Of a DNA stretch of 64,000 nt, positions 8,349-18,932 are shown one piece after another. Each line of letters begins with the position of its first letter. Position 1 is the first letter of the stretch. Made by a program: the position numbers and the translations under genes. Source of the DNA: Foetidibacter luteolus (GTDB taxonomy: Bacteria; Bacteroidota; Bacteroidia; Chitinophagales; Chitinophagaceae); NCBI RefSeq assembly GCF_009650435.1, contig NZ_VVIP01000067.1:118016-182015 (forward strand). The letters are read 5' to 3'. The notes under the pieces are model-generated. The model did not search any database. It was not told where the DNA came from and saw only the letters and a list, made by a program, of their open reading frames with translations.

Positions 8349-10703
8349 TTATTCACTTCTCAAACTTTTTACAGGGTTGGCTATTGCCGCCTTTACTGAC
8401 TCATAGCTTACCGTTATTAATGCAATAAACAATGCCACCAAAGAAGCAACAAGAAAAACCAGCCAGCCAACATCAACACGGTAGGCAAAGCCGTTAAGCC
8501 AACTGCCGATGGCCAGCCAGGAAATGGGTATGGCTATAGCCATAGCGATAACTATCAATTTTGTAAAACTGCCCGACAGCAAATACACTATGTTTAACAC
8601 CGTTGCACCTAATACTTTGCGTACGCCTATTTCTTTTGTACGCTGTTCGGCCATATAAGCAGACAGCCCATACAAACCCAGGCATGAAATAAAAATGGCC
8701 AGCATGGCAAAAAGGTTAAATATGCTGCCCATTTGCTGCTCGCCGCGGTAAAGGTTGTCTAAGTCCTTTTCAAGAAAGCTGTAAGCAAGCGGGTAAGCCG
8801 GGTTAAGGTCGTGGCTGATTTTCTCCAGCACTTTAATAGCAGCTTCTGTATTGCCGGCAGGTGTACGTACTATCGCTATGCCACCCCACTTGTTAAGCCG
8901 CAACACCAGCGGCTCTATGGCATACTGCAGAGATTTAAAGTTGAAATCTTTTACCACGCCTATAATAGGTCCCTTGGTTCCACTGAAATCTAAAGTTTTT
9001 CCTACGGCGGTATTAACTTTCATACCCATTAAACGGGCGGCGGTTTCATTAATAACATAGCTGGAGCTGTCTCCTTTAAACTCTTTTGAAAAACCGCGGC
9101 CAGACAGTATGTTCATTTTAAAAACATCAATAAAATTTTCATCCACGTCCATAGAAGGAACCACCACCTGGGAGTTGGGGTCTTTCCCTTCCCATGAAAC
9201 TTCTATTGTACCGGTGGTAAGGCTTGCAGGCAAATCAGAGATGATGGAAAATTCACTTGTTAACGGGTTTTGCTGCAGGGCTGCTTTTAAAGCCTGTTGT
9301 TTGCCCCAAATTTCTCCAGCCATAGGTACGTACAAAAGGTTTGATTTATCAAAGCCCAGGTTTTTGTTTTTAATAAAATTGAGCTGCCGGTAAACTACCG
9401 CTGTGCCAACGAGCAACAGGATAGCTACAACAAACTGCGCAACAACCAGCGTATTACGGAAAACAAGATTGCCCACTCCCAGCTTTAATTTACCTTTTAA
9501 AACCTTTACGGGTTTAAAACCGGAGAGGAACAAAGCGGGGTAACTGCCCGATATCAAACCGGTAAAAAAAGCGATGGCAAGTAATGTAAACATTAGTTTG
9601 CCATCCAGTAAACTTATGACCAGTTTCTTTTCGGCCAGTAAATTAAAGGCTGGCAATAACAGGTACACTAGGCCAATGGCTATTACCAGCGAAAGGAAAG
9701 AAACAATTAAAGATTCGCCCAGGAACTGCAGCACCAACTGGTACCGTTCAGCCCCAACTACTTTGCGCAGCCCTACCTCTTTTGCCCGGCGGGCAGAACG
9801 TGCCGTAGCCAGGTTCATAAAATTGATGCAGGCAACAGCCAGGATAAAGATGGCAACGATGAAAAAAATGTTTACATATTGCGTATTGCCATGGCCGGGC
9901 AGGTCTATTTGCCAGTCTGATTGTAAATGAATATCGGTTAGCGGCTGCAAATGAAACTCAACTTTCATGTTGGGAACATGCGCCTTATATATCTTGAGTA
10001 TGCGCTGGGTAAGGCTTGATGAAACGCTGACCGTTTTATCAAGTTTTAAATAAGTGTAATAATTGTAATTGCCCCAAACTTTGTTTTTTAAATCGTAATC
10101 TTTATTCGCAATAGATGAAATAGGTAAAATAAAATCAAACTGCAAATGCGAATTGGATGGGGCATTTGCCAGGATACCGGTAACTGTATAATTCTCCGCA
10201 TTATCCTTTCGTATAACCTTGCCTAAAGCCTCCTCGTTTCCAAAATACTTTTTGGCCATGTCTTGCGTAATCAATATGCCATCAGGGCTTTGCAGTGCTG
10301 TGGCACGGTTTCCTTTCAGCAGTTCAAAAGAAAATTCCTGCAGAAAATTAGAATCAGCAAAAAAAACACGCTTTTCTTCAAACTTCCGGTTACCAACTTC
10401 CAGCAGGTTAGTACTGGGTTTGCTTAACCTTATAACGGCTTTTATTTCCGGCATTTCTTTCTGCAAACCCTCCCCCATGCCTGCGGGGCTAACGGCTGCC
10501 CTAAAATCTCCCGCATTGCAGGTAAGCCGGTAGAGTTGGCCGGCATTAGCATGAAACCGGTCGTAGCTTAACTCGTTCTGCACCCATAAGAATATAAGTA
10601 TACTGCATGCCATACCAATAGCCAGTCCGGATATGTTTAGCAGGGAGTAAGCCTTGTGGCGCATAATGTTCCTCAAAGCAATTTTCAGGTAGTTTCTTAT
10701 CAT
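8349..10703 (-). CDS. MacB/FtsX-type ABC transporter permease, array member B
   Basis: MIRNYLKIALRNIMRHKAYSLLNISGLAIG...TARSARRAKEVGLRKV...AAIANPVKSLRSE. Confidence 0.9.
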   Translation of the reverse strand: MIRNYLKIALRNIMRHKAYSLLNISGLAIGMACSILIFLWVQNELSYDRFHANAGQLYRLTCNAGDFRAAVSPAGMGEGLQKEMPEIKAVIRLSKPSTNLLEVGNRKFEEKRVFFADSNFLQEFSFELLKGNRATALQSPDGILITQDMAKKYFGNEEALGKVIRKDNAENYTVTGILANAPSNSHLQFDFILPISSIANKDYDLKNKVWGNYNYYTYLKLDKTVSVSSSLTQRILKIYKAHVPNMKVEFHLQPLTDIHLQSDWQIDLPGHGNTQYVNIFFIVAIFILAVACINFMNLATARSARRAKEVGLRKVVGAERYQLVLQFLGESLIVSFLSLVIAIGLVYLLLPAFNLLAEKKLVISLLDGKLMFTLLAIAFFTGLISGSYPALFLSGFKPVKVLKGKLKLGVGNLVFRNTLVVAQFVVAILLLVGTAVVYRQLNFIKNKNLGFDKSNLLYVPMAGEIWGKQQALKAALQQNPLTSEFSIISDLPASLTTGTIEVSWEGKDPNSQVVVPSMDVDENFIDVFKMNILSGRGFSKEFKGDSSSYVINETAARLMGMKVNTAVGKTLDFSGTKGPIIGVVKDFNFKSLQYAIEPLVLRLNKWGGIAIVRTPAGNTEAAIKVLEKISHDLNPAYPLAYSFLEKDLDNLYRGEQQMGSIFNLFAMLAIFISCLGLYGLSAYMAEQRTKEIGVRKVLGATVLNIVYLLSGSFTKLIVIAMAIAIPISWLAIGSWLNGFAYRVDVGWLVFLVASLVALFIALITVSYESVKAAIANPVKSLRSE

Positions 10704-10771
10704 ACAAAAATCAACTTGTGTTAAGCATTACAACGCTGTAAGCAGGCAGGGGCGTTACCCCCTATATGGTA

Positions 10772-13129
10772 CTACTCTGTCCTCAAACTCTTTACAGGGT
10801 TGGCAAGCGCAGCCCGCATGGTATTAAGGCTTACTACCAGCAATGTAAGCAGCAACACCATGCCCCCAACCGCAATAAACAGCCATATACTTATGCTGAT
10901 ATGATAGGTGTATTTCTGCAGCCAGCTATGCATGGCCCACCAGGCAATTGGAACAGCGATAATAAAAGCAATAAGTACCAGCCTTAAAAACTCACGGGAT
11001 ATCAACAACAGCACCTGCTGTACAGATGCGCCCAGTACTTTGCGTATGCCTATTTCCCGGATACGTTTTTCTATGGTAAAAGAAGCCAGGCCTGCCAGGC
11101 CAATACAGCAAATAAAAATGGCCAACCCAGCAAATATGTTGGTTAGCTTCCTGATTAACTCTTCAGCAATGAATTTTTTACCAAACTCTTCATCAGCAAA
11201 CTGGTACTCAAAAGGATAAGCCGGGTTATATTTTTTAAATACTGTTTCCAGTAAAGGCAACACTTTTTGTAGCTGGGCTTTTTCTGAAAGACGCAGACTT
11301 ACGATATTGTTATAATTGGGGTTATAGAATACCAGCATGGGGTCAACGGGTTGAAAGGGCGATTCCATAACAATATTATCGGTAACGCCTATTACAGTAT
11401 ATTTCTCATCGCCAAAGCGCATTTCCATGCCAATGGGTTTTTTCAACTGCATGGCTTCAACGGCGGCCTTGTTCAGCAATACATTAGCGGAATCAGCGGG
11501 CATTCCCGAAAAATCATGTCCTTCCAGCATTTTAATGCCCATGGTTTGGGTAAGGCCAACATCTGTACGCAGACCTGAAATAATCAGGGACAAATCAGCC
11601 GGCTTGCCATTCCAGTCTGGCGCCCCAGACTTCCACCACACCTGGGTAATGGGAGAGCTGGTGCGGGTTACAGCGCTTATTGATCCGCTATTGAGCAATT
11701 CCTGTTTTACAACAGCATAATTCTTTTCCAGGTCGCTTGTCATGGGTACCATGAGCAGGTTTTGCGCATTGTACCCAATATCCCTGTTCTTAATATGCTG
11801 TATCTGCATATACACAATGATGGTAGCGGATATTAATAAGATAGATATAACAAACTGCCCCACTACCAGCACCCTGCGTGGCAGCGCTGCTTTTTTACCT
11901 GCCAGGAATGTACCTTTTAGTACCGTAACCGGGTTGAAAGACGACAGGTACAAAGCTGGATAACTGCCTGCTATAACACCTGTAAACAAAATGATGGCGG
12001 CAGCCGCCAGCCAGAAAACTGGTTGCGTTATACCAAGTACAAGATGTTTGCTTACCAGCAGGTTAAAAGAAGGCAGCAGCAGGTAAACACTTGCAACAGA
12101 AAACACAAAAGCTATCAGCACAAGAATCATAGATTCAAAAAAGAACTGCAATACCAACTGCTTTTTACCGGAACCCAACGTTTTTCTTATGCCCACTTCT
12201 TTAGACCTTCTTTCTGACCGTGCTGTAGAAAGGTTCATAAAATTTATACAGGCTATCAGCAAAATGATGATGGCGATAATGGTAAACAGCCTTACATACT
12301 CTATCATGCCACCTGTATTAATGCCGTCTTTAAACTCACTGTAAAGGCGCCACCTGCTCATGGGAAAAGTAAAGTAGGTACTTATTTTATCATTATTGTC
12401 ATGCGATTTTTTTATATCATTAACCAGCTTATCCACCTGCTTCATATTGGCGCCTTCTGCCGTTTGCACATACAGCCGCCAGGATGAATTCACCCAATTT
12501 TCCATGGACCGTTTGGTATCCGGGTCGTTGTAGTTAAAAGGCCTTATATAATCGAAAGTAAAGCTGGAATTGCCGGGTGGGTCTGCAACAACAGCGGTTA
12601 CTTTTACATCTTCAGAGTTATCTATCCTGAGTACTTTATTGATGGGGTCTTTATCGCCAAAAAAAGCTTTGGCAGCGGATTGTGTGAGTACAACCGAAGA
12701 GGGATCTTTAAGCGCTGTGGCGGGATTACCCTTTATAAACTTCCAGGTAAACATATTGAAGAAATGCTCACTAACCGTATAGCCGCTTTTTTTAAGTTTG
12801 GCATCTCCATAGCCAACAATCTGCTCATAGTTCTGCGTGGTTACTACAGCATGTTTTACCTGCGGGCTTTTACCTTCAATTGCCTGTGCCAGGGGAAGCA
12901 CCATATTATAATCTGTAAATACCCGATTCTTAAAATCCCTGTTGGCAATAACCACATGAATGTTGTTGTAGTTGGCGTGAAATTTATCGTAGGTAAGTTC
13001 GTCCCTTACCCATAATAAAATAAAAATGGTGCAGGTAATACCAATGGTTAAACCCAACAGGTTGGTTAGCGCAAAACCTTTGTTACGAAAAAGATTGCGC
13101 CACGCAATTTTCAGATAGCTTTTAATCAT
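10772..13129 (-). CDS. MacB/FtsX-type ABC transporter permease, array member C
   Basis: MIKSYLKIAWRNLFRNKGF...C-terminal ALANPVKSLRTE. Confidence 0.9.
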   Translation of the reverse strand: MIKSYLKIAWRNLFRNKGFALTNLLGLTIGITCTIFILLWVRDELTYDKFHANYNNIHVVIANRDFKNRVFTDYNMVLPLAQAIEGKSPQVKHAVVTTQNYEQIVGYGDAKLKKSGYTVSEHFFNMFTWKFIKGNPATALKDPSSVVLTQSAAKAFFGDKDPINKVLRIDNSEDVKVTAVVADPPGNSSFTFDYIRPFNYNDPDTKRSMENWVNSSWRLYVQTAEGANMKQVDKLVNDIKKSHDNNDKISTYFTFPMSRWRLYSEFKDGINTGGMIEYVRLFTIIAIIILLIACINFMNLSTARSERRSKEVGIRKTLGSGKKQLVLQFFFESMILVLIAFVFSVASVYLLLPSFNLLVSKHLVLGITQPVFWLAAAAIILFTGVIAGSYPALYLSSFNPVTVLKGTFLAGKKAALPRRVLVVGQFVISILLISATIIVYMQIQHIKNRDIGYNAQNLLMVPMTSDLEKNYAVVKQELLNSGSISAVTRTSSPITQVWWKSGAPDWNGKPADLSLIISGLRTDVGLTQTMGIKMLEGHDFSGMPADSANVLLNKAAVEAMQLKKPIGMEMRFGDEKYTVIGVTDNIVMESPFQPVDPMLVFYNPNYNNIVSLRLSEKAQLQKVLPLLETVFKKYNPAYPFEYQFADEEFGKKFIAEELIRKLTNIFAGLAIFICCIGLAGLASFTIEKRIREIGIRKVLGASVQQVLLLISREFLRLVLIAFIIAVPIAWWAMHSWLQKYTYHISISIWLFIAVGGMVLLLTLLVVSLNTMRAALANPVKSLRTE

Positions 13130-13369
13130 GGCTATGCTTTAATTAAATAGAATGCAAAATTTTAACAGGCGGAACACACATTTCATTATCGCATAAAAAA
13201 GGTGCCGAAATCAATATAAGTGATTTACAATAAGATAGTTACGGCCTTGGTACGAAGCTGTTCGTTTTCGTACAGTTGTTGTACGTTTTTGATACATGTT
13301 TGCCAATTACACAGTACGCAGTATACTCCACTTCATCGCCTGATAAGCTTGCGTAACATTTTTTGGTGA

Positions 13370-13450
13370 CCAGCTAAATTGCTACTATCATCGCCTGTTG
13401 TGTCACTCACTTGTACGCTTTGTTCATTACTGTACAATGTGCTGCAACCT
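13370..13450 (+). repeat. F3 repeat (divergent F1 in opposite orientation)
   Basis: GCTACTATCATCGCCTGTTGTGTCACTCACTTGTAC, compare reverse-complement F1 CTACTATGAGGC..TTGCGTCGCACTCTTGTAC. Confidence 0.65.
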
Positions 13451-13504
13451 GCTCATTTATTCAAAAGTTGCCTGCTGCTGAATGGCTAATTTAAATGTGC
13501 CCAC

Positions 13505-13655
13505 AATGTTGCGGGATGCCGGATTTGTTGTTGCGTAAAGCGGTATAGTACAAGAGTGCGACGCAACGATGCCTCATGCTTATTCCTCCTGCCCGGCCCC
13601 AAAAAAGTCGTAGGCATAAGGTCAATTCGTCAATGAAGTCAATAAGTAATTTAAG
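13505..13655 (+). repeat. F1 repeat copy (long form with AGTCAATAAGT tail)
   Basis: GTACAAGAGTGCGACGCAACGATGCCTCAT...CTGCCCGGCCCCAAAAAAGTCGTAGGCATAAGGTCAATTCGTCAATGAAGTCAATAAGT. Confidence 0.7.
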
Positions 13656-13663
13656 GATTAAGG

Positions 13664-16039
13664 CTACTCACTCCTTAAACTCTTTACCGGGTTCATCAAC
13701 GCGGCCTTAATGCTTTGAAAGCTTACGGTTAACAATGTAATTAACAGCGCACCTGCGCCTGTAACCCCGAAAATCCACCACGACAAATCAGCACGGTACT
13801 CGTAGTTCTGCAGCCAGTTGTGCATAAAGTAATAAGCAACCGGCGCCGCAATGAAAAACGAGATAAGAACAAGCGCTACAAATTCTTTTGACAGTAACTG
13901 CCACAGGTTATAAACAGATGCACCGAGTACTTTACGCACGCCAATTTCTTTGGTACGTTGCTCAGCCATAAAAGAAGCCATCCCGAAAAGGCCAAGGCAG
14001 GAAACAAAGATGGCAAGTATAGCAAAGAATGCAGCCAGCTTGCCAATACGAACTTCGTTGCTGAACTTTTCTGCATACTTGTCATCCACGAAATTGAAAT
14101 TGAAAGGACTTGACGGATTATACTTTTTAAATACTTCCTCTACCTGCAGCAACGCTTCATGCACACTTAACTGTGGCGCAAGCTTAATGTTAATAACATT
14201 AACCCCTTTGTAGTTGAGTAAGAAGAAAGACGGCTTAACAGGGTCGAAAGGAGATTCCTTAATCATGTCTTTAGTAACAGCAATAACCTGGTAATTTTTA
14301 CCGCTGCACCTAATTGTTTGGCCTATGGGTTGTTTAAAGCCCATGAGTTTTGCCGCCGATTCATTTAGTATTACAGCCGCTGTATCTGAACGGAAGCTTC
14401 TGGAAAAGTCCCTGCCCTGCACTATTTGCCAGCCTACTGTTTTTCCATAATCATGTGTTATCTCGTTTGACATTACCAGCGGGTGTTGATCGGCCGTTTT
14501 GCCTGGCCATGAGATATCTGTAGTGCCGCCATACTGAACTGTTACCGAGCCGGAAGACTGAGACATTTCTGCTACGGCCCCGGTGCTGATAAGGTCGTTA
14601 CGTAAAGCATTATAATGGCCGTATAAATCGGGCGTATTCATGGCCACTTCAATTAACCCATTGCGGCTATAACCCACAGGCCTGTTACGGGAGTGCTGCA
14701 CCTGCCTGTAAACTACTACGGTACCAATAATTAAAGCGACAGAAACAGTAAACTGCAGCACCACCAATACCCTGCGCGGAACAGCCGCCAGGCGGCCAGC
14801 TTTAAAAACACCTTTTAAAACTTTTACCGGCCTGAATGAGGACAAATAAAAAGCCGGGTAGCTGCCTGCTATAAGCCCGGTGAATACGGTGAACGCAATG
14901 GCGACAATCCAAAACAAAGGTTTATCCCAAAACATCAGCATCTGTTTACCTGCTATTTCATTAAAAAACGGAAGCATCAGCCGGATAATTACAAGAGAAA
15001 TTGCAAAACCAATAAAAGTTACCAGCAGTGACTCACAAAAAAACTGGGCAATTAACTGCATACGCATAGAGCCAATGGCTTTGCGGATACCCACTTCACG
15101 GGCCCTTTTCTCAGACCGTGCGGTGCTCAGGTTCATAAAATTGATACAGGCCAGCAACAAAACAAAAATGCCGGTAACACCAAAAAGCCACACAAACTTG
15201 ATAAGCCCGCCCGTGTTAATGCCGTTCTTGAAATCACCATACAAATGCCAGCGGCTCATGGGGTGTATAAAGAACTCAGGTTTATAAGCAGGTGGATTAT
15301 CCCTTTTCATTCGTATATCCTGAATTTTAGCGGATACCTTTTTAAAGTCTGCACCTTCTTTCAACTGCACATAAATAGGATATGAATTGTTATCCCATAC
15401 ATCTGCACCATTCTTAGCATTTTCATCCATCAATAAATTTAACTGCCAGGGGGCGATAAAATGTACATCCTGAAAACTGCTGTTCTTTTGCAAGTCCTGG
15501 TAAACCGCCGTTACCTTAACGTTTTGCCGGTTATCAATTTTCAGAATTTTATTAATAGCGCTTTGGTTTCCAAATATCTTTTTTGCCAGGCTTTGAGACA
15601 GCATGACAGAATTAATGTCCCGTAAGCCATTGCTGCTGCCTTCGGTTATTTTAACGGACAGCATATCTGCAAATGCCGGCTCGGCATAATTACCGGTGCC
15701 GGCAATTTTTTTATCGGCAAAACCAAAAACAGCATCCCTGGTATAGGTGGAAACGCTTACGGCTTCAAATTCAGGATACTTACTGCGCAATTCTTCCGCC
15801 AGCGGGATGGGCATGGAATTGTATGAAGATTTCTCCTCTCCAAATTTTACAAACTGCCATACCTGGCCAATGTGGTTATAATGCTGAAAGCTCCGGTTAA
15901 AAGATACTTCATCATATACCCAAAGGCCAATAAGCATTGCTACAGCCATACCCACGGCAAGGCCGGTAATATTGATAAAGGAATGCGCCTTGCTTTTGCG
16001 GAGGTTACGCCATGCAGTTACAATGTAGTTGCGAAACAT
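13664..16039 (-). CDS. MacB/FtsX-type ABC transporter permease, array member D
   Basis: MFRNYIVTAWRNLRKSKAHSFINITGLAVG...ALMNPVKSLRSE. Confidence 0.9.
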   Translation of the reverse strand: MFRNYIVTAWRNLRKSKAHSFINITGLAVGMAVAMLIGLWVYDEVSFNRSFQHYNHIGQVWQFVKFGEEKSSYNSMPIPLAEELRSKYPEFEAVSVSTYTRDAVFGFADKKIAGTGNYAEPAFADMLSVKITEGSSNGLRDINSVMLSQSLAKKIFGNQSAINKILKIDNRQNVKVTAVYQDLQKNSSFQDVHFIAPWQLNLLMDENAKNGADVWDNNSYPIYVQLKEGADFKKVSAKIQDIRMKRDNPPAYKPEFFIHPMSRWHLYGDFKNGINTGGLIKFVWLFGVTGIFVLLLACINFMNLSTARSEKRAREVGIRKAIGSMRMQLIAQFFCESLLVTFIGFAISLVIIRLMLPFFNEIAGKQMLMFWDKPLFWIVAIAFTVFTGLIAGSYPAFYLSSFRPVKVLKGVFKAGRLAAVPRRVLVVLQFTVSVALIIGTVVVYRQVQHSRNRPVGYSRNGLIEVAMNTPDLYGHYNALRNDLISTGAVAEMSQSSGSVTVQYGGTTDISWPGKTADQHPLVMSNEITHDYGKTVGWQIVQGRDFSRSFRSDTAAVILNESAAKLMGFKQPIGQTIRCSGKNYQVIAVTKDMIKESPFDPVKPSFFLLNYKGVNVINIKLAPQLSVHEALLQVEEVFKKYNPSSPFNFNFVDDKYAEKFSNEVRIGKLAAFFAILAIFVSCLGLFGMASFMAEQRTKEIGVRKVLGASVYNLWQLLSKEFVALVLISFFIAAPVAYYFMHNWLQNYEYRADLSWWIFGVTGAGALLITLLTVSFQSIKAALMNPVKSLRSE

Positions 16040-16059
16040 ATTGATGTGTTTAGTTGTTG

Positions 16060-16245
16060 AATGTTCGTTTGTTCAATGTTTAATGCTTGCTACGGTGCTG
16101 GATTGCTGCCATAGCGAACTCAACAGTATCCCGAAATTTCGGGACGACGCAAGCAAAGCCCAATAGCAGTGCCTGCTGCCCGGTACCAAAAAGTCATAGA
16201 CATAAAGTCAATGCGTCATTAAAGTCAATACCTACTTTCTGGATG
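16060..16245 (+). repeat. F1 repeat copy (long form carrying an internal TCCCGAAATTTCGGGAC hairpin)
   Basis: It fills the entire D-E gap: GTTCGTTTGTTCAATGTTTAATGCTTGCTACGG...GACGCAAGCAAAGCC...CTGCCCGGTACCAAAAAGTCATAGAC... Confidence 0.65.
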
Positions 16246-16249
16246 AGGG

Positions 16250-18646
16250 CTACTCACTCCTTAAACTCTTTACCGGGTTCATCAATGCGGCCTTAATGCT
16301 TTGAAAACTTACGGTTAACAATGTAACAAGCAACGCACCTAAAGCAGTTGCCGCGAATACCCACCACGATATATCTGTACGGTAGGTATATTTTTGCAAC
16401 CATCCATGCATGTAGTAATAGGCCAAGGGCCCTGCAATAAAACAAGAAATGATAACGAGTAAAACAAAATCTCTCGAAAGCATGCTCCACAAACCAGCTA
16501 CTGATGCGCCCAGCACTTTACGTATGCCTATTTCTTTGGTACGCTGTTCAGCAACAAAAGAAGCGAGGCCAAACAGGCCGAGGCAGCTTATTAAAACAGC
16601 CAGCGCGGCAAAGAAGGTAGATAGCTTGCCCACACGTTCTTCAGCAGCAAATTTTTCAGCAAAGCCAGCATCTGCAAACTGGTATTCAAACGGGGCAGAA
16701 GGAATATTCTTTTTAAAGGCTGCCTCTATTTTGGCAAGCGATTCAGATACACTTTTGGTACCATTCAGCTTAAGTATAATCCAGTTAACATTGTTGTAAT
16801 CCAGGAAGTAAAAAGTTTGTTTTACTTCCTCGTATGGCGATTGCATCAGCATGTCTTTAATAACGCCAATTACTTTGTAGCTACGGGCACGTTCATCGCT
16901 GCCCCACCTGATGGTTTTTCCAACAGGCTCCCTGATACCCATAAATTTTACCGCGGCTTCATTCATTACAACAGATGCCGAATCTGTAGAAAACTCACGG
17001 GACATATCCCTGCCTTCCTTAAACTGCCAGCCCACTGTTTTACCAAATTCGTGGGTTACCCAGATAGTTGCAAAATCGGCATCCAGGTTAGGGTCTTTAC
17101 CCTCCCAGTTAAAGCCGCCGTTATTAGACCATACGGCTGTAAGCGGGCTAGATGATTCTGACATTTCTTCTATAGCTCCATTACCCTTAAGCTCTGTACG
17201 CAGCACATCAAATTTGCCATAAAAATCCGGCGACTTCATTTCAATCATTACCACGCCGTTTTTATCATAACCTATCGGCCTGTTTTTGGTATGCTGTATT
17301 TGTTTGTACACAACAACAGTTCCTATAATAAGCGCAAGAGAAATGGTAAACTGCACCACCACCAAAACCTTTCTTGGCAATGCTGCAAAACGCCCAACCC
17401 TAAACGTTCCCTTCAACACTTTTACCGGCTGGAATGATGACAGGTACAAAGCCGGGTAGCTGCCGGCAATGATGCCTGAAAAAATACCAAAAGCCAATGC
17501 CGAAAGCCAGAACCATATATTGCCCCAGGGCACAGACATGCGTTTATCCGCCACCTGGTTAAACCATGGAAGCACAAGCATTACAACAGCAAGCGACAGT
17601 ACAAAAGAAAGGGCAACCACCAATAAAGACTCACTGTAAAACTGCCCTATCAGTTGTGTGCGTAAAGATCCTACCGCCTTGCGTATACCCACTTCCTTTG
17701 CCCTCTTTTCAGACCGTGCGGTACTTAGGTTCATAAAGTTTATGCACGCAAGTACAAGCACAAAAATGCCAACTATCAAAAACAGCCAAACATATTCTAT
17801 CAACCCACCTTTTTGTTTTCCTTCTTCCCACTTCGATCTTAGATGCCAGTCCTTCATAGGGTGAAGAAATATTTCAGCTTTATAACGCTTATCTTCTTCA
17901 TCTACTTTTGTGTATTTAACGTTGGCTATTCTTTTATTAACGGTTGCCAGGTTTGCCTTATCTGATAACTGAACAAAGGCCTGGAAAGAATTGTTGCCCC
18001 ATTCGGTTTCAGACCTTTTTATCCAATCTTCTGAAGACGCATACAATTGCCAGGTACTTATAAAATCAAGGTCTCTGAAAGAGGTATTATAAGGCAGGTC
18101 TTCATAAACACCTGTAACCTTAACATTAAGCTTGTTATCAAGTTTCATCAGCTTGCCCATAGGGTTGGCATTTCCAAAAAAGGCCTTTGCTGTAGAGGCT
18201 GATAACAGGATAGAGTTAGGCTCTTTAAAACTTCCATAAGCACCATACAACATTTTCAGGGATAACAATGCGTCGGCGCCATTGTCCATATATATGCCTT
18301 CTCCGGATAGCTTTTTGTCACCGGCAGACAGGATATGACTTCCTTGCCAGGATGCCATTACCACATGTTTAAAATCGCTGCCGTACTCCATTTGAAGCGC
18401 TTTGCCCAAAGGAAAAGGCAAGGCGTCCTGGGTATATCGTCCACCATTAAATGTTTGCTTTTGCATTACCCGTGCAAGGCGTTCATAATTTTTATGGTAT
18501 TTGTCAAACGACAGTTCATCATAAATCCATAACCCAATAAGAATGGCAACAGCCATACCTATAGCCAGCCCGCCAATATTTATCAGGGATGATGTTTTAT
18601 TCCTGAGCAGGTTGCGCCAGGCAACTTTTATGTAATTCCTAATCAT
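16250..18646 (-). CDS. MacB/FtsX-type ABC transporter permease, array member E
   Basis: MIRNYIKVAWRNLLRNKTSSLINIGGLAIG...ALMNPVKSLRSE. Confidence 0.9.
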   Translation of the reverse strand: MIRNYIKVAWRNLLRNKTSSLINIGGLAIGMAVAILIGLWIYDELSFDKYHKNYERLARVMQKQTFNGGRYTQDALPFPLGKALQMEYGSDFKHVVMASWQGSHILSAGDKKLSGEGIYMDNGADALLSLKMLYGAYGSFKEPNSILLSASTAKAFFGNANPMGKLMKLDNKLNVKVTGVYEDLPYNTSFRDLDFISTWQLYASSEDWIKRSETEWGNNSFQAFVQLSDKANLATVNKRIANVKYTKVDEEDKRYKAEIFLHPMKDWHLRSKWEEGKQKGGLIEYVWLFLIVGIFVLVLACINFMNLSTARSEKRAKEVGIRKAVGSLRTQLIGQFYSESLLVVALSFVLSLAVVMLVLPWFNQVADKRMSVPWGNIWFWLSALAFGIFSGIIAGSYPALYLSSFQPVKVLKGTFRVGRFAALPRKVLVVVQFTISLALIIGTVVVYKQIQHTKNRPIGYDKNGVVMIEMKSPDFYGKFDVLRTELKGNGAIEEMSESSSPLTAVWSNNGGFNWEGKDPNLDADFATIWVTHEFGKTVGWQFKEGRDMSREFSTDSASVVMNEAAVKFMGIREPVGKTIRWGSDERARSYKVIGVIKDMLMQSPYEEVKQTFYFLDYNNVNWIILKLNGTKSVSESLAKIEAAFKKNIPSAPFEYQFADAGFAEKFAAEERVGKLSTFFAALAVLISCLGLFGLASFVAEQRTKEIGIRKVLGASVAGLWSMLSRDFVLLVIISCFIAGPLAYYYMHGWLQKYTYRTDISWWVFAATALGALLVTLLTVSFQSIKAALMNPVKSLRSE

Positions 18647-18699
18647 AAACCTGTAGTGTTATATTTTGACAATTTATATCGAAAGAATTATGTACTAAG

Positions 18700-18790
18700 C
18701 TTTACTGCTACTATTAAGCGCCTGTTGTGTCACTCACTTCAGGGTTCTGGTCTTTACTCAGCATGGCGCATCATGCTAATTATTGTGCAC
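18700..18790 (+). repeat. F3 repeat copy
   Basis: TTTACTGCTACTATTAAGCGCCTGTTGTGTCACTCACTTCAGG. Confidence 0.6.
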
Positions 18791-18932
18791 AGGTTTTATT
18801 GCATCCACAGGGTGCAACGGTTGTGTCAACTGATTGTTACAACCCTTTTGCATTTTTTTCAAAAACTACCTGTGTTTATACATTTTTGCATCCCCCCTTT
18901 CCACAAGTGGAGAGGAGTTTGGGGTGAGGGGC

